Shown here: positions 13,562-24,742 of the stretch, one piece after another
Position numbering within the stretch: the stretch's first letter is position 1
Layout: every line of letters starts with the position of its first letter
DNA from: Hormiphora californensis
Lineage: Eukaryota; Animalia; Ctenophora
DNA: 64,000 bases
Reading direction: 5' to 3'
Assembly: GCA_020137815.1 (NCBI GenBank)
Contig: CM035351.1
Coordinates: 7,750,001 to 7,814,000 of the forward strand
Notes under the pieces: generated by a model
Databases searched by the model: none
What the model saw: the letters and a program-made list of their open reading frames with translations, nothing else
Told to the model about the DNA's origin: nothing
Position numbers and translations under genes: made by a program

Positions 13562-14582
13562 AAAGAAGAGAAAGAGAAAATATTATATAATAGAATGGGG
13601 GAGAGCTAGAGAATGAAAGAGAGGGGGAGCCGTTGTTAGGAAGTGGTTTCCCATTACATGGTCGGTGGTGCAAGTGGCGTGATTTCATGACGCGTGAGAG
13701 AGAGTGAGCGTGATGAGGGAATTCCTTATCTTGCCTGTATTCGTGTCCCTCACCCTTTGTTCTTGTTGTGTTCTCATATGTCCCAGTCACACTGGCTGCT
13801 CCCCTTTTTGTGCTCTGTGAGTCACAGTGCTGTGGCATATTGCTGTAGCATATTATTGATGTGTCATAAGTGACATGTTTTTATTGGGATGATATTGGCC
13901 TGGGCCAGTAATTCTTCTTGTGTGTTAAAATTTGTGTCATGTCCCCCCTGAGGGGATGTTCGCCCCCTCGGAACTATTATAGAACCTCATCAGGGCGTTA
14001 TCCATGTGAACTATTACCGGCCGTTATTATTATTGTAGATCACCCTCATTAGTGGGGATGTGCTGCAGTAACTACTACCAGTAGACCTCATTAGAGCTAG
14101 TGTGTATCCATGTGAAAACCGTTAGCCCTCCCACGCAATGATGATGATGGTGGTGGGCGAAATAGTGTAATGAGACCCACTAATCACGTGATTATAGAGA
14201 GGCGAGAAGTATCTACATCAACATGTGACCTATAAAACTACCACCACCACTTCTGCTGCAGTAGTCTCACTTTCTAGTTCTCTACCTTGGTAGTCTTGCT
14301 CCTTTTGTATGGGTGCAGTTGGTAAACTCTCAAAAGTATTAGTAGACTAGTTGGTCTTGTATGATAATTTATATTACTTATAAAATGCGTTTTCTAATAT
14401 GTTCTCGGTTCAGGTGTAAATCCTTCTTGATCCTTCTTGATCTTGTATCTCGATGTTTAGTAGAGAACTTGACTACTTTCCTGCATATATTCCTTAACCA
14501 TGTCCAATTTGTTTTGGCCTAGTGCAGTAGCTGTTAGGCATATAACTTGTGGCCGTATCTAAGGACAACTTCCGGTTGCCCC

Positions 14583-14628
14583 GGAATATAGATCCCTGAA
14601 ACACTAGTGTTTCAGGGATCTATATTCC
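14583..14628. repeat. Perfect 46-bp palindrome with no loop
   Basis: GGAATATAGATCCCTGAAACACT followed by its exact reverse complement. Confidence 0.95.
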
Positions 14629-15367
14629 CAGCTGGGTTCTCATTTTCAACCCAGTCTTTCTAACAGACTTGCCCGGATAGCTCCGGTAACACTCCCATTG
14701 TGAGCTCATTTTCTAGAACACCGATAAGTATAACTGTCGGATATTAACCGTCCTTTTTTGTGATAGTACCTACATAATTAATGATCTAATATAATATAAG
14801 TTCTCCTGTCAGCGTGATGCCCGACAAACTGACAGAAGATCTTCCCTTGGCCTTGTGCCCTTGTTTTTTGCAATTGTAACATCGTAGTTAGAGTCAGAAT
14901 ATATTCTTGTAATCTCGATACGAGTAAAATCGTGAAAATAACTAGAACGTGAAGTAATTGCAAACACAGCATCTACATGGCAAGAAATATTTGTCCACCA
15001 CTAGGAGCAAATATCTCGTTAATTGTGATATTAATGCTGATATTTCGGCAGATATATCCATTGCTATAGCAACGGGAGATTTGGTAATATTTTGCATTGC
15101 AGCTGTTCTGTTAGTCCTCCTACATTGATTCGATAAGATGGTCAACAGATGTACCTGGAGAATTGGTATTATATTATTAGAATTGAGATTATATAAATTG
15201 TTCTACCAGTAGGTAAATTACTAAATTGCCTCTGATTGATAGTCGTTAATCATGTTTTTCAGTAACGAAGAAGTGGCAGTTTTCAAATCAATCCTCTGGA
15301 TTGATCTGTAGCTTAATAGCCTCAGGACAGTTTCCTCAAATAGCGTCATATCGTGTCTATATCGTGT

Positions 15368-15472
15368 ATTATGCCAAAAACTAACAGAAATTAGTTGGCT
15401 GGAAAGGTGACCACTTTTGTTGTCAAACTGACACCTTTGCCCTCTCCGGGTTTCATCATTATCTTTCCCTCT

Positions 15473-15548
<76 letters not shown>

Positions 15549-15686
15549 CCTATCTTTCTCTCTTCTCAAACTCCCTGATTTACCCCATCGATGATATTCG
15601 TAACCCGGGCCGGGCAAAGGTGTCAGTTTGACAACAAAAGTGGTCACCTTTCCAGCCAACTAATTTCTGTTAGTTTTTGGCATAAT
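15368..15686. repeat. 75-bp inverted repeats (15368-15442 and 15612-15686) around a (CT)n tract; probable DNA-transposon ends
   Basis: The ORF track gives MAGKVTTFVVKLTPLP on both strands, and the arms match by eye. The sequence to about 16600 resembles a non-autonomous DNA element. Confidence 0.75.
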
Positions 15687-17423
15687 TGGGGTATATTTTT
15701 GGTATTTTCTGATATGAAATACAATGTAAGACATGTCTGGACGTGTAAAGACCGTCCGGAATCGCTAAAATACGAAAATTTCAATTTTGACGTCATTATG
15801 ACGTCATAGCATGACGTCACGACGTTATAACGTCAAGATAGGGATGTATTATTATCAGGCTCATCTAGATAAAGATGCTGACCAAGTTTGAGATCGATTG
15901 GACAAGATTTGAGGTCGCTATGGCGAAAAACGCATTATCGTCATATCTATTTTCATACAGTCTTAACACTTCAGACGCGATTTGAGACCCTTAGAATTAG
16001 AGTTTCACAAATTCGCAATATAGTTTCTGAAAGTATAGACGATTATCTTTCGTAAGTGTGGTCTCCGTTTTTCAATCAGAAGCCGTCTTTAGGGTGTAAA
16101 TTGAGCTCAAAGAAATTTGGTTGATTTGAAAAAACTCTTTTCTTTATGACAGTTAGTCAAGACGTTCTGGTTGGACATAGAACATAAAAACAATTCGTTG
16201 ACACAATTTGAACGATTATCTTTCGAATGCAACAAACGAGAAGTGTCTATCTTATGTCGTTTTCTCTCAAAAACGATTATAAATTTGGTAAAATAGCGTC
16301 TATCCATACATACATACATAGATAGATAGACCCGGGACACTTATTGCTTTTTTCACGATGCCGTATCTCTAAAACTAAAAGAGATAGAGACTTGCCCTTT
16401 TAAACTACAGTAGATCTAGACTATGTGACACTGTATACCAAATTTCAGACTGATTGGTGCAGTGGGGGCCTCGCTATGGGCGTCGCAAAATGCCATTTTT
16501 GGCTAAAAAGTGAAAAAAGTTATTACTGCATTCTGGCACGCGCGGCTGGGGGGGGGGGGGGAGGGGATGGTCACCTTTGCGCTTGCCAGCGCAGTGATAT
16601 AGAATTATGTTAATTTCCTGAGGTAGCCCGTTAGTTAACTTATAAACTTCTATTTCTGGCAAAATAACACAGGGAGACTGGCCATAACTGGGGGAAGTTG
16701 AAGCAAATCCCCAAACACTATAACGTGTTTACCACCAAATAGTTGCCCACCACTAGAAACAAATATCTCGTAAATGTTGATAAGGTGGTCAACAGATGTC
16801 CCTGAATAATGGTTAAATTACTAAATTATAATATTAAGATTATACACTATCCTCCAACTAGCATGTCTGTAGATAACAATATATACCTAATTATTCTATT
16901 ATGTTATTCTGAATGAACATTATGAGTAGATTTGGTCGCACAATGTCTGGTTAGTCTCTAATTCCAGATTAAAATGTACCTCCTGGAATGTTTACGGATA
17001 GCGTCGTTTTCCAATCAAAGAAGCAGGTGTTAGCCGTGCACTTCCTTCCATTGCCTGCAACCGTCTTTCCAACCACCACTAAACTGTGGATGTTTGCTAC
17101 CAGCTGGTAGTATCCCCGATGGTAGGTCCACGTAAGGTGTACTGCTGGGGCACTTAACGGTCTGCCTGGGGCACGACTCACTGTTCAGTTGCAGACAGCT
17201 CAACTTATGGTCCTGAAGAGAAATTAATTTTTTCCCTGCCCGGGTGAATGCCGAAGGCATTCACCCGGATGCCTTTTTACTTTGTAAAAAGGCATAGCAG
17301 GGTTAGAATTCGAAAACGACATTTTGGTATACTAACTAATCGGTAGAGGGACATTTTTTGGTCACACTTTCGTTGCGAGGGCAACGGTGTAGCAACTAGA
17401 GCCGCGCGCACAGTGACGAGCTG

Positions 17424-18098
17424 ACAATCAGTTCATACATTTGCAGTTTCATATTTGTTTCATTTTGAATGCTCTGTTACACTGACATACACCCGTCTAA
17501 GTCTCTCTTTAATCCTAAATCTATCAATTTACAACCGCATCGCCTAGTCTGGTTCAGTCATTCTGTCAAATAGTGCTCCTTTCCTGTATCTTTCAACACA
17601 GTACCTCTAATATCTGATCTCTAACGCACTCAATACCTGCTCGTTTTCTTCTCACGGTCACGTCCATAATATTGTTCTGTCTCAAAACATACTCCTTGTG
17701 CCAATGCTCCTCTATATCCCCTAATGATTCCCAAAATTTCAAGTTTCTATCTTCAAAACTGTGGTCTCAGTAGCATTAAAACTGTCAAATGCATCATTCT
17801 GCATTCTGGATACAGAATAACTTTGCGGATGTGTGACATAAACGAATTGCCGGGATTCTCCAGACTCTCTCACAATCAGTTCATACATTTGCAGTTTCAT
17901 ATTTGTTTCATTTTGAATGCTCTGTTACACTGACATACACCCGTCTAAGTCTCTCTTTAATCCTAAATCTATCAATTTACAACCGCATCGCCTAGTCTGG
18001 TTCAGTCATTCTGTCAAATAGTGCTCCTTTCCTGTATCTTTCAACACAGTACCTCTAATATCTGATCTCTAACGCACTCAATACCTGCTCGTTTTCTT
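17424..18098. repeat. 227-bp direct duplication (17424-17650 and 17872-18098)
   Basis: ACAATCAGTTCATAC...CTCGTTTTCTT occurs twice, 448 bp apart, identical by eye. Confidence 0.9.
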
Positions 18099-19154
18099 GT
18101 ACTAGCCACCACCCACCCCTCCACCCCACCCACCTCCCCCACCCTGGCCCTTCCCAATTTAGAGGACTTTGTGAAACACGCCAGTACAGGGACAATCCTT
18201 GTGTTTTGGTGCACTAAGTCGCTTATCGCGTGTAACAACTCACAATTGTTCTTATCTGTCCCACCCGTCTTGTCCTATAGAACATCGTACACATTCTAGG
18301 GACGCTACAATCTGTCCCACCTCTTATTTGTATTTGATCATTTTTGTTCATCTTGATCTCTACTGGAAGTGGAAATGGTACACCTCTCATCTGATCACCA
18401 ACAACATCACGGTACCAATCATACATCACAAAGCTGTAAGTTCATCTGTCTGTATTGTCTGTTCATCTATTGTGTACCATTGATAATGATTCCGGAGTAA
18501 ACCTTACCAATCAATAATTTAATTAGAGCTACTATAGACAGACTACCCCAGACCCAAGCTTGAGAAGTGTCCACTCGACGGACCGTCGTCGTAACAAACA
18601 AACGAACAGGCCTACCTGCACAGCCACCCAAGCTTGAAAATGTGCCCCCTAACTTGTCTTTTTGCTTATTCGCAAGATAACTGCAATGTCCTCACGGGGC
18701 GGAGATGCGAAGAGTGCAACCGACCTTTAACCGTGGGGGCTGCGTAAGTGTCTTGCAAGTACAATGACTGACTGACAATATGAATGCAATGATATCAACT
18801 GACCACAACACGATGACAGACGCTATGACGAGGTTGCAATGTCGTTCTGCCCTAACGGGCAGAGTTTGGCACGCTATAACCTATCTGTACCACCACCACC
18901 ACCACAGTGACGAGCTACTCCTTCATCAAACACCTCATTGGCACAGTTTCATGGACGTGTGTGCGCGCGCCACTCAACAAAACATGAAATGCTCTGCCGC
19001 GCGTTTCGCGTGTTACATACACATTTTCATCTTGCGAGTCGAGTGTGAGATGTTAGATAAGTAGTTAAGTTGGAATGTCAAAAGCTGGTTAGCAAGTATC
19101 ATGTGATTGGGAGTTAGCTAACTCTAAGCTATGTGAGAAGTATACTGACAGCTA

Positions 19155-20813
19155 CGTACGATAATGCCTACGGTCAATAATGCCTACAGGGGTTATAGGC
19201 ATATATAATTGGGTGTAGGCAAAACCGTCAAAACGGCAATAATGCCTACGGTGGCAATAATGCCTACGATAAAGTACGATAATGCCTACGATCAATAATG
19301 CCTACATTATTGATAATTGGGTGTAGGCAAAAGCGTCAATATTATTGTTGATATGGCGATAATGCCTACAGGGGTGATTGGGTGTAGGCAAAAGCGTCAA
19401 TATTATTGTTGATATGGCGATAATGCCTACAAGCGTCAAATCATCATATCCCGATTGGTAACGTGACCCTGAGGGCGGCGCCAATACGATATAGGAGATA
19501 TGGCTCGTTAGTTATTGGAGTAAACCGATTGACATGAGAGCTCCTCTAATCGGTAAGGCTCATGTCGGATTGGATACGTGATATGGGCGGTTCATCTAAC
19601 GGCTTATTACAACGATTAGAGGAGCTTTAGCGGCAGGACACGTGATAAGATGCACCGATTCGAAACACGATTCGAACGTGGCTGGTATACCTTAGAAAAA
19701 TTTAATAACTTTTTTTGCAAAATTTTACAGAATCATTGTCAATGCTTTGATCGATGCTCCCCGTAAATTTTCAGAGAAAACATTATTTTGAAATTTTGAT
19801 ACTTCCTCACCCCGCTTAGGGTGCCCAGATTCGGCATGGTAAGGCCCCCCGACCCAAACATAACCCAATCTCAACCCATCCCCCTAAAACAACGGGGCCG
19901 AGCCGACACTCGACAGGCCCTCTATAACAGATGCCAAAAAACCATAAAACCATAGATATTTTTAGAGTGAAAGTTTTGAAGCCCTCCTGAAGTAGTAGAG
20001 AGGTGTTCTATTGCTCGTTGGAAAACCTTAGAAAAAGTTTTTACAATTTTTTTTGAATTTTTTAAGTTTTCTATTTCTAATGACAGAAGAATTAAGAAAT
20101 GATCATATTTGTCATCAATAAATGTACACTATACAGTTAGAGGTGTCTTGGTATAGAATTTTGGACAAAAGTATGATTTATGGATCTACCCCGATATACC
20201 GGGCAAAATGGCTTCACCCGAGGATCCCGGTAAATCGGGGTCCGACTGTATTGAGAGAATGAAAAATTGCATTGCAGTTGACAACTCGCTTAGGATATCT
20301 TGATTCGGTACATATATATAATAATAGAACTCGTGCAGTTGCTAGATGGCCCTTTTACAGGCTCCTCACAATTGAAACTTGAACAAGTGACAACTGGTGC
20401 TATTGAGTTAGACTCAACAACACAGCGACTGATGAGTGGTGAACACATGCATTTCTACATGTGAGTACCATACATTTGCACACTGTAATTAGTGCGACAC
20501 CGGCATGACTCGGTGAACCAAGGGGTTCATATATACATGTATGTACCGAATCGATATATCCTTAGCGAGTTGTCAACTGCAACGCAATACTGAGGTGGAG
20601 GGTAGGCAAAACTGCTCGTAGGCATTATTGTCAACATCAGTGGTAAAATCACAGTTTTGCCTACATGGTAGGCATTATGTACCGTAGGCAAAACTGCGGT
20701 TTACCCCCCTGGTGTTGACGATAATGCCTACAAGCAGTTTTGCCTACCCTCCACCTCTAATTAGGTGTTTTAGGGTGTAGGCATTATTGACCGTAGGCAT
20801 TATCGTATGCTAC
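19155..20813. mobile_element. Composite non-autonomous TIR element with AATGCCTAC/GTAGGCATT subterminal repeats and nested MITEs (about 20183-20250 and 20267-20588), flanked by 124-bp direct repeats
   Basis: Ends TACGATAATGCCTACGGTCAATAATGCCTACA and its reverse complement; 19031-19154 matches 20814-20937; internal inverted repeat TTGCAGTTGACAACTCGCT...AGCGAGTTGTCAACTGCAA. Confidence 0.7.
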
Positions 20814-21173
20814 CTTGCGAGTCGAGTGTGAGATGTTAGATAAGTAGTTAAGTTGGAATGTCAAAAGCTGGTTAGCAAGTATCATGTGATTGGGAGTTAG
20901 CTAACTCTAAGCTATGTGAGAAGTATACTGACAGCTAGATCGTATGCATCTCACATTACATTATGACCAAGCCTTGATCCTGTTGGCAGTGACAATGTCA
21001 CTGACATGTGAAACGGTAGGGCAGGGAAACACAGCATTATGAATACATAATGCAATAATTCTTGTTATAATTTAGTATTATATATGTTTAACTGTTCCTG
21101 GGTGGGTATAACAGTGGTGGGTACAGCAGTCTTTACACAGAGCACTGAACTCTCATATGCTCGTTGATAAGGT

Positions 21174-21644
21174 TCAACAGCTCCAGCTGATTGGCCATAG
21201 AAATCCTGTTCCATGAGGCTGGAGTTTGAATTTTGTATGCAATTGTATTGTAAGGTACTGATTTACCATGATCTTCCGTTTCTCGCGGTGTATAGTGACA
21301 GGTTCCTTGCATCCATCAAACTGCACAACCAGTTTATCCACTACTCCTCCGTTGTCTCTCTGAAGTTTCACAATAGTTCTGATTGTGCCGTTTGTCAATC
21401 CGTTGGGTACATCAAGATTTTGCCTCAACATGCACCTTACTCCCGGGGCTAGGAAGAGAACTTTTTCTAGAGCTCCTGTGTTCCTATCATCCCCTTCGTC
21501 GTCTAACTTTTTTACTGCGTCCATAATGTTCTTCTCCAACTTCTTGTTTTTCCTCCCTGATTGCTCCACCTCATCTACCGCCTCGACCTTTTCTGCATCC
21601 GGGAAATTACGTGCCATTATAGCCCCGTTATCATCTTTAACCAT
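21174..21644 (-). pseudogene. PIF1-family helicase fragment (Helitron-like, 2B subdomain region)
   Basis: LFLAPGVRCMLRQNLDVPNGLTNGT matches the PIF1 L.L..G..VML..NLD...GL.NG motif. No Walker A or B motif is present, so it is truncated. Confidence 0.8.
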
Positions 21645-21896
21645 TATAGATCGTTTAGGTAGAAGGCATACAACAGAAGGTTCGATCTCGGCAACTGATA
21701 GGTAGTGATCTACCAGTGACTCATGAACCCCCCCCCCCCCCTCGTAATATCTACAAAAAAACTTAGTTATAGAGTCTTGAACTAACGGAAAACAAGTATG
21801 TAAAGCTCTTTCTTGTACAATGATTTTAAAATGATTCAGTCTATTAAGATATTATTCTGTCTCGGGCGCTGGCAAGCGCTTTGATTTACAAAAAAA

Positions 21897-22547
21897 TTAA
21901 TCAGAGTCGGAATCACTACTCATCTCTTCGTAGTTGAGACCAACTTTGCAATCCTTGTGGTTCAATCTTAGGGTTTTGAACCTTTTTAAGTGTTCGTTCA
22001 CCCATATCGGTATACCTTTTTTAGCAGTTTGGACAAATAGGTTCTGACTGACCTGTTCGAAGCCGGGGAATCCGTTCCGTCCTTCGAGGTGTTCCTTAAA
22101 CAATGCAGATTCTTCCATTTTCCCCAATATGATTTGGAACTCTTTGCTGGTATCTATTCTCTTTTTCTTCTTATCCTTTCCGGTAAGGTATTCACTCTCA
22201 TACAGAAGCTTCACCTCCCGAACCCACGCCAATGATCGGCTATGCTTGATGACTGTGTTGACATTGACGTTATTACGTGGTACAACCTGTTTGAGCCAGT
22301 TATTCAGGAGCTCATTGTAGTAGTCGGCAGATAGCCTCTTTCCCTTTCCCTCACTTATAGAAACAGCTCTGTTCCACATTACGGTGAACGCATCCTTTTC
22401 CGACAGAAGGGACTTGAGCGACACCAGTAATTGAAGAACTGCAAAGGCATATTTGTGGCTCTTTTGCTGCCTAAAAAAGATGAGAAGGAATCTGTAGGTC
22501 ATAATGATGAGCTCACCATTACCCTCCTTAACTGCATCTTCCATCAC
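21897..22547 (-). mobile_element. DUF6589-like (Academ-type transposase C-terminal) fragment
   Basis: DAVKEGNG...F...HKYA...WNRAVS..GKGKRLSADYYNELLN resembles the D.vrEGDG / KYA / WNR.vN..G...D...E..N pattern. 5'-truncated. Family assignment is from recall. Confidence 0.65.
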
Positions 22548-23339
22548 AAGTGAAAGAAGTCCACGCGTAGCTCTTCCGGTGACGTCCCCGTCTTAGTTTA
22601 TAACCCTGGAATTAAGCATTACATAGTAAATCATCTGGAACACTAGCACCAAGCCTTAACCTGCCCAAGAGATCAGAATACAGTTCTCTTGGCCCTTTTG
22701 CCTCTGATTGATAGTCAGTTCCTTAAACTCAAAATGTTGCCAAAGGTAAATTTCCTGAGGTAGCTCGTTAGTCAACTTATAAACTTCTATTTCTGGCAAA
22801 ATAACACAGTGAGACTGGCCATAACTGGGGGAAGTTGAAGCAAATCTCCAAACACTATAACGTGTTTACCACCAAATAGTTGTCCACCACTAGGAACAAA
22901 TATCTCGTAAATGTTGATTCGATAAGGTGGTCAACAGATGTCCCTGGATAATGGTTAAATTACTAAATTATAATATTAAGATAATACAAGGACTTATCTA
23001 TGACGAATAATTGTTTTTCATAGCTGAGAAGTCCTAATTCGAGGTCTGTTGTCATACGGTCTTCAGTAATACTTCTGGTGAGGCCTATCTTGTTAAGGCC
23101 TATCTTGCCGATCTTGGGTTCAGTTGCCGGGCACCCGCTCACGGCCGGTAATTGCTGGGTCATTTTCTGCTGGGCGTTTATATCTGCCAAACTACTCATG
23201 ACGATTAAGGTTACACCAGAGATAACAATTAATACGTTTTAATATATAACATGTAATGTAATCATTTGATACATATAATTGACGTCTTTAATTGCAGCGT
23301 CGTTATATGTGAGTGCTGGAAGTGAAATATAGTGTAGCG

Positions 23340-24640
23340 GTTCTAGTCCTAGATGGTCTTTGCATAGCACCCTGTATGCTTCAACTACATCGGCCAGTAA
23401 TGTCACATCCGATCTAACATATTATGTTCTTTCATGCCAGGTCCATACTCTTCTACCACGGAACAAAGAGGAGGAAAATCTGAAATGTTTTCTATTTTCT
23501 ATAAATCGTATTCATTAGATTGAAATAGTAAGAATAAGCTTATATAAGCGATCAGTCTCATTCCAACTGGTTTCCCAGACATATTCTGTACCATGTGGCT
23601 GGAGCGGTTAGGATATCGGTATCATCGAAAATCGAATTTATACAATTTATCCTTCATAGAGGAGTCCTTTGGGCGAAGTTAAGCGTTCGAAGCAACAATT
23701 CTAAACTTTATATAAATATCTTACCATATTTTCATCGTGTGGCCGATCTTTTTGTATGTGAAGCCTCATATATAATAGTTTATAATCCAACCCCCCCCCC
23801 CTCAATGTACTTGCTAGCTAATTATCTATTTCCTATTTCAGCCGACATAGATTGCTGCGTATTTTCATCTCTCTCTCTCTATCCTTCCTTCTCTCCTCCT
23901 TCTCCTCTGCATTTTCTCCTCTTAGCTTTCTAAGAGATTCGCTCCTCCCACCCCACAGTACTTTTCTATATTCAACGTTCATAAGGATCCCGTGTCTCTA
24001 TAAAGATAGTGGGTGGTTGTTCTAGATCCGTTTTTTCATCGAAAATATTGAATTGTGTGGTTCCTCGTGATTTTAGATTACCCACCAACGTATCCAATGA
24101 TGCTGGTAAATGAAGAGCACTATCAATGAACCTAGAAAGAATGAATAAGTTATAGTTTAGATCAATGGTTGTAATAACTGTTGGCATATAACCCACCGGA
24201 AATGCTCGATGTTTCGTTCTAAGGTACTAGTTATATTGGGTGCCCCGTCCTACTACTACCTTCAAATTATGTAAAAGCACCGGAATCTTTTTCCCTCTTT
24301 ACTGCCGTGCAAGATTGCACTTGTTGTGGGCGATTCCAAGGAATTTACCTGTTTGGTGGCAATGGTCTCTCATCCTATTCTTTCCCAGCCATCGAGTGTA
24401 TTATAACCAACAGTTATTCGCGGGAAATGGCAAATCAATCATGTAATCATGTGTCTCTTACCAACGTTTTTCGATGTGCCCAGGTTGTGAGCAGAACCAG
24501 CATTTCGGTTTGGGTTTCCCAGCCGGTGCGGCCGGTCGAGCGGCCTCTCTATCCATCTTAATAACCGTAGCTAGTCCTTCCAGGTAAGTCTTTAAAAACA
24601 TATGCTCGCCCATTGCTAAAGATAGATATATATGAGTGTG
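23340..24640 (-). pseudogene. Decayed Polinton/Maverick (adintovirus-like) protein-primed DNA polymerase B
   Basis: The minus strand reads MRDHCHQTGKFLGIAHNKCNL (about 24363-24310), then KIPVLLHNLK (about 24285-24260) and RFIDSALHLPASLDTLVGNL (about 24130-24075). These are in the order expected for Polinton pPolB, with stops and frameshifts. Boundaries approximate. Confidence 0.8.
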
Positions 24641-24642
24641 GC

Positions 24643-24742
24643 NNNNNNNNNNNNNNNNNNNNNNNNNNNNNNNNNNNNNNNNNNNNNNNNNNNNNNNNNN
24701 NNNNNNNNNNNNNNNNNNNNNNNNNNNNNNNNNNNNNNNNNN
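24643..24742. other. Assembly gap (100 N)
   Basis: Run of N. Confidence 1.

Larger units (their letters stand above)
16612..22982. repeat. About 230-bp dispersed direct repeat (16612-16840 and 22749-22982), with a partial third copy near 14990-15220
   Basis: Near-identical AATTTCCTGAGGTAG...AATATTAAGAT blocks with a few substitutions and a small indel. Confidence 0.85.

Noticed and set aside
14778-15145. YLLLVVD resembling an integrase core, or hydrophobic GPCR-like segments
   Set aside because: A single short motif with no supporting D,D(35)E or 7TM pattern.
10761-20460. CTGATGAG motifs (about 10761 and 20429) as hammerhead ribozymes
   Set aside because: No correctly placed GAAA or stems II and III.
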